DNA of 64,000 nt, from positions 26,784,001-26,848,000 of the forward strand of contig OZ024748.1 of assembly GCA_964016885.1 (NCBI GenBank), given 5' to 3'. Positions 1 through 10,941 of the stretch are shown in pieces. Source of the DNA: Eledone cirrhosa. Lineage: Eukaryota. Positions within the stretch are counted from its first letter, which is position 1, and each line of letters opens with the position of its first letter. The position numbers were made by a program, and so were the translations under genes. Below the pieces are notes generated by a model. The model made no database searches. It saw only the letters and a list, made by a program, of their open reading frames with translations, and was not told the DNA's origin.

Positions 1-271
1 GGGTGATGTGTTGTTTCCTTGAGCAAGACACTTTATTTCACATTGCTCCAGTTTACTCAGCTGTAGAAATGAGATGATAGGACTGGGGTCCCTATCATTC
101 CACTGTAAAGTGGTCGTGGAGGTGCCACGGCAAAAAAACACCCAGCACTCACTGTAAAATGAGGTTGGTGTTAGGAAGGGCATCCAGCTGTAGAAATCAA
201 GCCACCATCAGTTCCCGTCCCACCCTTGCAAGCAGGGAAAAGTGGACGTAAAATGAAATGATGATGATGAT

Positions 272-272
<1 letters not shown>
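1..272 (+). mobile_element. CORE-type SINE with RTE-derived 3' tail (head cut by window edge)
   Basis: CORE-like segment ccttgagcaagacactttatttcacattgctccagtttactcagctgt, internal palindrome atgatagggac..gtccctatcat, 3' part shared with the RTE 3'UTR (gttaggaagggcatccagctgtagaaa), and (TGA)n tail. Near-identical to the copy at 35370-35692. Confidence 0.85.
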
Positions 273-306
<34 letters not shown>

Positions 307-637
307 ACATACATATGATGATGATCATCATTGTTTTTCTGAGTAAATATATGAATACATATAGTAGCCGATGGCAACTTTGTTTTCTGTCTTTAAGAGT
401 CTTAACCATGTAACTCTCATCAATTTAATACACATTTTAATACTGAAAAATGTTCTTATATATATATATGTTGCTTTGTATTGGAGGGGAGAGAAACTTT
501 TTTTTTTTAAAATAAATTGCTTCATTTATATTTTTACTCATCTTTTCTTGAAATAAGATGAAATGTTGGCAGACGTCTGTGGTGGTGGTGGTGGTGGTGG
601 TGGAATTGGAAATACATTCAACTATACATACATACAT

Positions 638-684
<47 letters not shown>

Positions 685-709
685 TATATTATATATATTA
701 TATATTATA

Positions 710-748
<39 letters not shown>

Positions 749-1007
749 TACATATGTGTGGGTGTGGATACACATACATTACACACACACACACATATAT
801 ATATAAACACATTTACCAGTTATGTGAGAAAGTATGAACAAGTTGAAAGAGATTAAAAAAGAAAAGTTATTTTAAAATGTTAGCCTAAGGGATGGAAACT
901 GGATTATCATTATTATTATTATTATTATTATTACTATTATCTGTTTAAAGTTGGTGGAATTTGTTTGTGGTTTAGAGATGTTTGCTAACTAACCGCCCCC
1001 CCCCCCT

Positions 1008-1091
<84 letters not shown>

Positions 1092-1231
1092 CACACACAC
1101 ACACTTCATATTCCATCAGACTGTTTTGGCCTTAGGAAGGCCATGAGAAATTTACAGATACTCTTGCCAAATATCTGATTGAACCAGACTCCAAAAAACT
1201 ATTGTTTGTTGATATTGAGGTGTTAATCTGA

Positions 1232-1400
1232 AAGGGGAAAGTCAATTAAATCGACCCCAGTATGTTACTGATACTTTATTTTAGCAACCCTGTAAGGATG
1301 AAAGGCAAAGCTAACCTTGGTGGGATTTCAACTCAAAATGTAAAGGGACATAACTATATGTCCCAAAGCCTGTTGTCCCACGCTCTACCAATTACTGCCA
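1232..1400 (-). mobile_element. tRNA-derived SINE with Nin/Deu-like central domain (diverged)
   Basis: Reverse complement of the recurrent motif gaggttaactttgcctttcatccttacggggtcgataaaataaagtaccag plus a B-box-like gagttgaaatccc. Confidence 0.7.
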
Positions 1401-2778
1401 ATTGACTGCCTGTGAATGTTTATACATTTGGCATAAGTCCAGCAATTTAAAGGAAAAGGGAAAGTTGATTAAACTGACCTCAATGTATTACTGGTACTTT
1501 ATTTTATTGAGCCCTGAAAAGATTTCAAGTGGAAATGGAAAGAACCAGAAAATATCCCAAACTACATTGGGGTTTTTTCATGGGAAAACTGAACAGGAGA
1601 ATTGGTTAACATTAGTCCTTGATATACTATGTCTCCTAAACAAAATAAAAGACTGGATAGTCACGACTGGAATGTCTTTGATCCTATATCTGTTCAATTT
1701 GAGCTGACTTAGAGATAAACAACTAGGCTTCAAAATAAGACAAAAAGAAAATGGAAACCTCAATATGGTTATACTGCTGTTATGTACTGTTCAAGAATAT
1801 GTGGCTAATAATGTGGTTTCATGTGGTACAGGACATTAAGAGTTAATAAAGGAAGAACGTATTGGAAAGATGAGATGGTCATGGCTGAAATGCTTTTTGA
1901 TCATAGGTCTACATGAGCAGGGCTGACCTGGGGCTATACAACAACAACAACTAGATTTGGAACAAACCAACAAGAAAGTATTTGCGTGGTCACTTAATAT
2001 AGAAATTAACATTTTGAATATGTGCCAACAAAAAAGCAAAAAAAACGATGGGATGGTCATGGTTGTGATGCTGTTTGATCAGTGTTCACCTCGGACTACA
2101 CAACAACAACTAGCTTTCAATCTTAGTTCATTCAGAGCCTACTGCAACTCAAGGATGTTTGTCACTCAGTTTTCCAATATTGACAACCTGACAACCCATA
2201 CAATAGTTTAAATCCTTCTCCACCTGCCTAACAATCAGAGAAAGTGGAGCTTTTTTTGCTGTTGTTTTTTTTTTGTTTTTTTTTGGACTTTTGTTTGTTT
2301 GTTTCTTGTCTTATTGTAACTCCTTCAGAAGTACACATGTACCAGGGAGGGGAAAAAATTTCCCTTTTCATTGAAAATCTTTTACCTCTCTTCAAAACAT
2401 GTCTAAAAAAAAATCCGAACAATATCTTAAGTAGGGAGAATGCTAGGATTTGCCTAAAGGTATGTCTTTGTATAAAGTTAACTGGTTTAACAGAGGGGAG
2501 GAGTTGGAGTGGGGAAGTTGGTCTCTTCAATCTAGAATGCTAGCTTCAAAATTTACTCTCCACAAAAGAAACTATTTAAAAATATAGAAGGCTGCTTTGG
2601 ATTTTTTCCCCTTAATGTTGTTTCAAAATCATACAAAAAACAGTGAGTTTTTGACTCACTACTGAAGAATTTTATCAGTAAATTTATATTCACTACAGTA
2701 CAGCGTTTTTGTTTGTTTATTTGTCTTTTTTTTTTATTTGCTCCAGCTTAACCATGGGATAATGTCTAGACTAAAGAC

Positions 2779-3392
2779 CATGTTCACCCAATATCTAAAC
2801 TAAACATGTTCACCCAATATCTAAACTAAACAGATTCACCCAATACTTAAACTAAACATGTTCACCCAATATCTACACCAAACATGTTCACCCAATATCT
2901 AAACTAAACATGTTCACCCAATACTTAAACTAAACATGTTCACCCAATATCTAAACTAAACAGATTCACCCAATACTTAAACTAAACATGTTCACCCAAT
3001 ATCTACACCAAACATGTTCACCCAATATCTAAACTAAACAGATTCACCCAATACTTAAACTAAACATGTTCACCCAATATCTACACCAAACATGTTCACC
3101 CAATATCTAAACTAAACATGTTCACCCAATATCTACACCAAACATGTTCACCCAATATCTAAACTAAACATATTCACCCAATACTTAAACTAAACATGTT
3201 CACCCAATATCTACACCAAACATGTTCACCCAATATCTAAACTAAACAGATTCACCCAATACTTAAACTAAACATGTTCACCCAATATCTACACCAAACA
3301 TGTTCACCCAATATCTAAACTAAACATGTTCACCCAATATCTAAACTAAACACGTTTACTCAATGTCTAAACTAAATGTGTTTCCCCAATGC
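2779..3392. repeat. 26-bp minisatellite, about 23 copies
   Basis: Unit taaacatgttcacccaatatctaaac, with recurring variants cagattcacccaatactt and ctacaccaaa. Confidence 0.95.
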
Positions 3393-3480
3393 CATCAACT
3401 AAAGCTTATGCTTTTTCAAACTTCAGCTGTTAATCAAAACAAAACAGGTTTTATATTTACTGATGATAGTCTCTTTAGAC

Positions 3481-3657
3481 CAGTGGATCTCAACCTTTTT
3501 TGCCAGCGGCACACCTTGGAATACATGAAAATATAGCGGTACACCTGGCTAAATATATATGAAAAATATTTGAATTTTACAAAATAAAAACATGGCGAAA
3601 ATAAAATTTTGCGTCAGACTTAGGAAGATCTCGCGGCACACTGGTTGAGAATCACTG
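3481..3657. mobile_element. hAT (Charlie-like) MITE
   Basis: TIRs cagtggatctcaacc / ggttgagaatcactg and a perfect 8-bp TSD ctttagac at 3473-3480 and 3658-3665. Confidence 0.9.
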
Positions 3658-3860
3658 CTTTAGACTGAAAATTCTGAATAAAACACTACGTTTTAATTCT
3701 TTTTATGCATTGTTTCAGTTTTTTTATCATTTGAAATCATATATAAAGTAAGTACCAGCTTGAATCTCATCAGAGGCGCTGTTCTGGGATGTTTCAATCA
3801 TGTTGATCTGTTTATTATGTTGGCCATCACTTCTTTAGCTCGTGTGTGTCCCATCTAAAC

Positions 3861-4222
3861 TTAACCCTTTCCTGACCATAATTCTAATGAAATACTCTCT
3901 ATTTCAATTAATTAATTGTTTCTACTTTTGGCACAAGGCCAGCAATTATCCCAGTGTATTACTGGTACTTTATTTTATTGACCCCGTAAGGATGAAAGGC
4001 AAAGTTAACCTCAACGGGATTTGAACTCAGATCATTTCAATTAATTAATGAAGAACTTTCAGGGATTTAGTAAAATTATTATTTATTTCATTACTAATAT
4101 AGTAACTTAACATATGGTTCTTTTATAAAATGTTGGAAGATTTTAATTTAAATAGTAACAAAGGGTGGTTTTGTTTCATAGAACCAGAGCCGGTTCTGAC
4201 TAGATTCATATTAAAAGGGCTT
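3861..4222. mobile_element. TTAA/piggyBac-type MITE (family B) interrupted by a Nin-type SINE fragment (about 3915-4031)
   Basis: Starts ttaaccctttc and ends attaaaagggc. The body is similar to 43787-44010 and 54516-54781, with the SINE motif nested inside. Confidence 0.6.
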
Positions 4223-4759
4223 ACAATTTTATGGGAAATAAATGTTTTAAATTGAAAAAAAAAAAAAAACTAAAATATGTTGTTGCAAGTCAATATCATT
4301 TGCACTTCAAAGATGCTGTTTTCCTTTTTCATACATTTATATATATATATATATATATATACATTGATATCATCATCATATACATTGGTATGTGTATGAA
4401 TACATAACAAAACACACACATGATATATACTAGTTGCAAAAGCTATCTGGAAGGCGGTGTTTCTGCTTGTATTTCTAATGAGTAAACTGTAAACTGTCTG
4501 CGTGTTTTAATTAATTTTTAATATATAATCAATATTTTGTTGATGTTTCACTGAAATATCTGTAACTTTATATATTGGAATATATGTCGGTGTTAACCAA
4601 CTAAAATCTCATGTTATCATTGATGTTGTAATGAGATTTTGATTGAGGTTTTAATATATGAGCAGCCTCAGGCAGTTTGTCATTAAAAAGGTGCATTAAA
4701 AATATTTCTGACATCAATTAGACTGATGAAAGCAACACAGGGTGAGAAAGAGACACAGG

Positions 4760-4915
4760 GTGATACCCTGAGCAAGATGGTTGGATAATATTCATGAGCT
4801 TGGCTGGTCTAGCTTGGGGATTCAGCTGGATCAATTGGAGATGGTTGCTTCTAACAGGACCTACTGGAAGGCTTGCCCCTACAACCCTCCCAAGAATAAG
4901 TAGGCAGAGGCGGAA
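4760..4915 (+). mobile_element. 3' end fragment of second RTE family
   Basis: Matches 29560-29710 (tggttggataa..tgagcttgg..ggaaatggttgcttct..caaccctccc). Confidence 0.65.
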
Positions 4916-6099
4916 GGGACCCATTGTATTTTCACGGCTAACAAATGAGAAAGAATATACTTTAATTGTGCTTTGGCAGAGACAGAGATCATTATCCAGC
5001 AGTTTTTTGGGAGGTTTTTCTGGGTTTGAAATAGAAATAAAAATGGTTGCTGTTAGAGAGGACATTAACTGTAGAAACAATACCAAAGTTTAGCAAAGTA
5101 AAAATGAGAGATGGTCCTCTGTCATATTAGAAGTCTCAGAATTAGAACTGACTTGGGTTGTATTGGCCCATCCCACCAATGAGAGTATAGAAAGCAGACA
5201 TTAAAATGAGGCTGATGATGATGGTGGTGGTGGTACTTTATTAAAATATATTAGATTATATAATGGAAAAACTGTTATATTTTTTAATTATATTCATCTG
5301 TGCCTGATTTAACATCAACCACCTGTGGTAAACATTTCAGTCAGACTACTCTCTAAATAACATTCTCCTTTCCTCCCACAAGTCTCTGAGGACCTGAAAA
5401 GGGTTATAGACAATGTCTGATTCTCTGTAAGACGCACCAAGCAATGTATATATATACACTTTTACTGTTATTTCTTTTACTGCTAGGCTGGGACACTGTC
5501 TTGATTTAGTCCATCACATCAACTCCAGTAATAAGCCTGGTACTTATTTTATCACTCTCTTTTTGTTGAACCACTAAGTTACAAGACATAAACGCAGACA
5601 TACACACACAGAATATAAAAATGCACATCCATGCTAGCATAGAAAATGGACGTTAAACGATGATATATATATGAAGGGTTTCAGCAGTTTCCATCTACTA
5701 AATTCCATGCACAAGGCATAGGTTTTAGTAGAAACCATATGCCCAAAATGCTGCACAATTACAAAGCAAATTCCTTCAGCACACGGCCATGCATATATAT
5801 ATACACATATATATATATCATTATCATTTTTATGTTGACATTTTCATACTAGCATGGATTGGACTGGATTTTTTGAGCAAATGTTTTACTGCCAGATGCC
5901 CTACCTAACACCCAGAGAGAACGAAAGATGAGGCTAGGTGGGGGACTAATTAAAGAAAGAAAAGAATGAAGAATGAGAAAAAGAAGGAAAAATACCAAAA
6001 AATGTATATATATCATAAGAAATACCAATGAAAATAAAGAAAAAAAAGATTGAGAAAAAATCAGAATGAAGAGACACAAACATATACATATATATGTAT

Positions 6100-8082
6100 A
6101 TCATCATCATCATCATCGTTTAACGTCGATGTTCCACGCTTGCATGGGTTTGGACGGGAGTTTTCCCACTTGAGGCAAGAGTGGTTGCCATTGCTCGCAT
6201 AGAACTGTCTGGCGGGTTTTCTACAGCTGGATGCCCTTCCTAACACCAACCACATTTACAGTGTGGGGCTGGGAGGTTTTTACCGTGTTGCCTACACGGC
6301 CACATTACAGCGTGGACTGTGTGTTTTTTTGTCGTGACACCTACACGATCTCATTTGTTTCGGCCTGGATGTTGTGGCACCAACATAACTTTACATTGAA
6401 ATGGGCGGTGTGGATGGGGTGGGGGTGGTGGGACGGGGGTGTATTTTGTTAGAGATGCCTACTGACTGTAGAAGGTTTGACTTTGTATTTAGGTAAGGCG
6501 GGTCTTCTCTATTACTGAGTACCGCCAAAGGTCTCGGTCCAGTGACATTGTCTTGGAGAGGTGTAAGTGTGTGAGGTCGGAATTTATCAGCTCGTCCCAG
6601 GTTTTTCTGGGTCTGCCTACTCCATGGCTACCGTCTATCTTTATTGCCCTGCACTTTGTTATACAGCTGTCGTCTTTCATGCGCATCACGTGACCATACC
6701 AACGTAGCCTTCTCTCGAGTAAACAACATCTGATCCCTCTTATTTCTAATTTTTTCCTTAGTTCATTTATGCTTTGCCGTTCACGTATATTACTATTACA
6801 CATCCAGCGGAGCATGCAAGCTTCGTTCCTCTCTAGTCTGCGCATATCCTCTGCACACAATGCCCAGGTCTCACTGCCATGCAACATTGCTGTTCGTATG
6901 CAGGCATCATACAACCTGCCTTTCATTTTTAGGGAGAGCCCTTTAGCGGCTAATAGTGGTATAAGCTCTCTGAACTTTTTCCATCCAGTTCTGACTCTAG
7001 CTACTGTACTTTCAGAGCACCCTCCCCCACTGCTGATTTTGTCACCCAAGTAACGGAAGCTGTCCACTATTTCTATAGAACCCTCTGCGCAATTGAAAGA
7101 GCTAGTATTTTGTGGGCACTTGCTGCTACTTATTTCACCAGAGCACCGGCCACATGTAAAATCTATGTTCTTAGTTAACTTACCTGCGATCCCACTACAT
7201 CTTTTATGCACCCATACTTTGTATTTGGGACATAAAATGGAGTTTCTACCTACGCCTTTCCTACACACTGAGCATGGCCATTTCCCGGAAGGGACCGGCG
7301 CCTTATTTTCTTTCCTACAAACTAGAACATTAGTCTTAGCCAGGTTAATTTTAAGGCCTTTTGATTCTAGGCCGTGTCTCCATGTTTGGAATTTCTTCTC
7401 TAGCTCGGCCATTGATTCAGCTATGAGCGTTAGATCATCTGTGTATAGGAGTTCCCATGGGCAGCCAGTCTTGAACTCCACTGTTATAGCCTGAAGGGCA
7501 ATAATAAATAGTAGGAGGCTAAGAACAGAGCCCTGATGGACACCAACTTTTACGCTAAACTCTTCACTATATTCGTTGTTAATTCTAACCTTGCTGACTG
7601 TTTCTTTATACATGGCTTGTATAGCTCTCACAAGCCATTCGTCAACACCTAGTTTTCTAAGAGCCCACCAGATAATGGAATGGGGGACTCTGTCGAAGGC
7701 TTTCTCCAAGTCGACAAAAGCTAAGTATAGGGGTTTACTTTTAGCTAGGTACTTCTCCTGTAGTTGTCGTACAATGAAAAGAGCGTCTGTGGTACTTTTA
7801 CCTGACACAAACCCGAACTGCATTTCATCTAGATCAATTCTCTCTCTGATTAGTTGCGCTATTACTTTTTCCGTGACCTTCATGACCTGGTTGATTAATT
7901 TAATGCCTCTATAGTTACTCCTATCTAGGGCGTCTCCTTTACCCTTGTAACAGTTAACAATGATGCTGCTACGCCAGTCCTTCGGAACAACCCCATTCTG
8001 TATGACTTGGTTTACTATCCGGGTGACCATGGTGTGTCCCACCATTCCAGAGGCTTTCAGCATCTCAGCAACTATTTCCGAT
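6100..8082 (-). mobile_element. RTE-clade LINE, 5'-truncated (RT + 3'UTR + (GAT)n tail)
   Basis: ORF 6489-8063 encodes RT. The 3'UTR 6120-6488 is nearly identical to that of the 58.1-59.8 kb copy, and the tail reads (cat)n on the plus strand. Confidence 0.95.
6489..8063 (-). pseudogene. RTE LINE reverse transcriptase, N-terminally truncated (no endonuclease)
   Basis: Motifs NYRGIKL, QFGF, AFVDLEKAFDRV, GVHQGSVLS, LLYTDD, FRYLG, RLRWYGHV, GRPRKTW. Cys/His insertion CSVC..C..HxxC..CGRC. Confidence 0.95.
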
Positions 8083-8465
8083 AGCGTATGGTCTTCTAAA
8101 TGTTTTTAATTAAACATACAATATATTGCCAAATAGACTATACATACATTCATGTATACATCGTTATTTCAGAGCACCAATCCTAATACCTAATTTTTGC
8201 TGGACTGGCAATCGCTCTGTATAATCAGCTCCTGGTTATTACTGGAATTCTATAAGAATCCAGCTTCTATAATTTTCGGCGAAAGCAGAGGGTGCGTGGC
8301 TCTGATGAACGCCAACCAGCGTGAAACAGACTGTCAGCTTCTCTCCCTTCTTTCGCCAAAAAGAAGTAAGTGACATAGTCACTACTTTAAAACTGATAGC
8401 GAATGGTCTTCTAAATGCTTTTAATTAAACATACGGTGTATTGCCAAATATACTATACATACATA
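8080..8465 (+). mobile_element. About 315-bp ribozyme-bearing unit plus partial second copy (retrozyme- or Penelope-LTR-like)
   Basis: A ~70-bp direct repeat gatagcg(t/a)atggtcttctaaatg..ttaattaaacatac..tattgccaaata.actatacatacat starts at 8080 and 8395, with a hammerhead motif between the two copies. Confidence 0.65.
8298..8339 (+). ncRNA. Type I hammerhead ribozyme
   Basis: ggct-CTGATGA-acgc(caacca)gcgt-GAAA-cagactg-TC-agct: full core, 4-bp stem II, near-palindromic stem III, GUC cleavage triplet ending at 8335. Stem I extends to ggcgaaag(8278-8285)/ctttcgcc(8350-8357). Confidence 0.85.
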
Positions 8466-8540
8466 TACACATATATATATATATACACACACACATATAT
8501 ATATATATACACACACATATATATATATATATATATACAC

Positions 8541-8571
<31 letters not shown>

Positions 8572-8939
8572 TATATATATATACACACACACATATATAT
8601 ATATATACACACACACATATATATATATACACACACACATATATATATATACACACACACATATATATATATACACACACACACATATATATATATACAC
8701 ACACACATATATATATATACACACAGATATATATATATATACACACACACATATATATATATACACACACATATATATATATACACACACATATATATAT
8801 ATACACACACACACATATATATAACACACACATATATATATATATATACACACACACATATATATATATATATACACACACATATATATATATACACACA
8901 CACATATATATATATATATACACACACATATATATATAT

Positions 8940-8984
<45 letters not shown>

Positions 8985-9040
8985 TATATATATACACACA
9001 CATACATACATATACACATATATACATACAAAACATATAT
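8455..9040. repeat. Compound (TA)n/(CA)n microsatellite
   Basis: Direct reading. Confidence 0.95.
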
Positions 9041-9321
9041 AGAAAGTGAAGGGGTGGAGGAGACAGACAGATTAATTTTTGAAAAAAAAAATATAGGGAA
9101 AAAAAAGGTATTAAGAAATTCCTTTGAAGGAAATAGCAAAAGAGAAAGAACTGTGTCAGTTGAACATGTAGGAAAGATTGGTGCAGCTGGAAGATGAAAG
9201 AATAGGGACTAGGTTGGGTGGTGGTGGTCTGGGGAGTGAGGGCTGCTGCCTGGCTAAAGTATTCAATCATTAGGGCAGCTAATTAGTGTCCTCTCACTTG
9301 AGTGTGCAGGTGCTGCTAGTA

Positions 9322-9340
9322 ATGGTGGTGGTGGGGATGC

Positions 9341-9388
<48 letters not shown>

Positions 9389-9465
9389 GGTAGTGGTAGT
9401 AGTAGTGGTAGTAGTAGTGGTAGTGGTAGTAGTAGTAGTAGTAGTTGTGGTAGTAGTAATAGTAA

Positions 9466-9496
<31 letters not shown>

Positions 9497-9925
9497 TGTG
9501 GTAGTAGTAGTGGTGGTGGTGTAGTGGTGGTAGTAGTACTAGTAGTAGTAGTTATGGTGGTGGTGGTGGTGGTGGTGATGTCGGTGGTAGTAGTAGTGGC
9601 GGCTGTGGTGTTAGTAGTGGTGGTGTATGTTTAGCAACTCTGTCCCACCAAATCATACTTAAGATGTCCCCCAGTACTACCAGTACTGCTACCAGCGCCA
9701 CTACCACTACCACCAATGCCACCACTACTACCAGCACCACAACTACTACCAGCACCACTACCACCACCACAACTACTACCAGCGCCACTACTACCACCAC
9801 CACTACTACCAGCACCACTACCACTACTTCCACCACCAGCACCACTATCACCACCACCACCACTACCACCAGCACCACTATCACCACCACCACTACCACC
9901 AGCACCACTACCACCTCCACCTCCA
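9322..9925. repeat. (GTA/GTG)n tract followed by complementary (CAC/TAC)n tract
   Basis: 9322-9625 is G/T-rich and 9672-9925 is C/A-rich, with a short unique spacer between them. Confidence 0.9.
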
Positions 9926-10264
9926 TTACTCTCAAGTTGTTGAATTGATTTTAATAATGTCCAAGGCCAGGTGACAAAAGTAAACATCCACACTATAGAA
10001 AGCTACCAACTAATAAATAATGTGTCTAAGTGTGTGTCTCTGTGTGTGTGTGTGTGTCTCTGTGTGTGTCTGTGTGTACATGCCTGTGAGTTTCAAGTTC
10101 AATTGGAGGTGACCACAGTAAGTAAGGTACTCAATACATTAGTGGAGTGTAAACATTTAATATAGAAATGGCTTCTACAGGACTAGAACTGTTTCATTCG
10201 AAAGAAATCATCAGGAAAGCCAGGCTTTCCTGATGATTTATTTAAAAAAATTTATATATATATA

Positions 10265-10327
<63 letters not shown>

Positions 10328-10941
10328 AGAGAGGGTGGGTGAGGGAGAGGGGGTAAACACAAACCCAACTATATAGATATATATAAACACACATGTATAC
10401 ACCCTACTGTGTGTTTGTTTAAAACAGTAAACAAAACGATGTGTTTAAAATTAGATCTAATGTGCCAGCAATGGTTTCTATCCATAACCAAAACCAATTT
10501 CAAGATGAGAATGGAATGATGGTGGTCTATCTCATATATATGTGTGTGTGTGTGTGTGTGCCACTGGTTGTAGATATGTATACACATACATATAGACAAT
10601 ATATAAACATACAAACCATATATATATATATATACATATATACATACATACACAGAGAGAGAGAGAGAAGTCTTTGTTGTACTGTACTTAGTGACCTCTT
10701 CATTAGCTCCATCTGACAGCTGTGAGTTCAATCTTTAAGTTAGGTTATACCATTCAGCAAAGCAGGGAGGAAGGGGTAACCACTAAGCAGAGGTGGAGGA
10801 AGTTATACCACTAAACAGAGCAGGAGGTGTGGTGAACATGTGAAGGATTTGTTTCCACTAAATAATGGGAAGACAAAATACAAAATGGATGGAATGAAAA
10901 AGAAAGAAAAATAAACATGAAGTTTTTCTTAACATGATTAA

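Noticed and set aside
2779-3392. CRISPR-like appearance of this and the other regular arrays (22.6, 45.9, 61.1 kb)
   Set aside because: Units are contiguous without unique spacers, the context is eukaryotic and there are no cas genes.
3705-3790. Minus-strand CTGATGAG..GAAAC as a second hammerhead
   Set aside because: No credible stem II, stem III or NUH arrangement.
6769-7914. Plus-strand ORFs overlapping the RTE (also 58955-59680)
   Set aside because: Antisense shadows of the RT frame, shared only because the two copies are nearly identical.
9552-9993. Gly/Ser-, Thr- or Pro-rich ORFs (mucin/extensin-like); similar ones at 30.6-31.0 and 36.2-36.6 kb
   Set aside because: Open in several frames because they are trinucleotide repeats.
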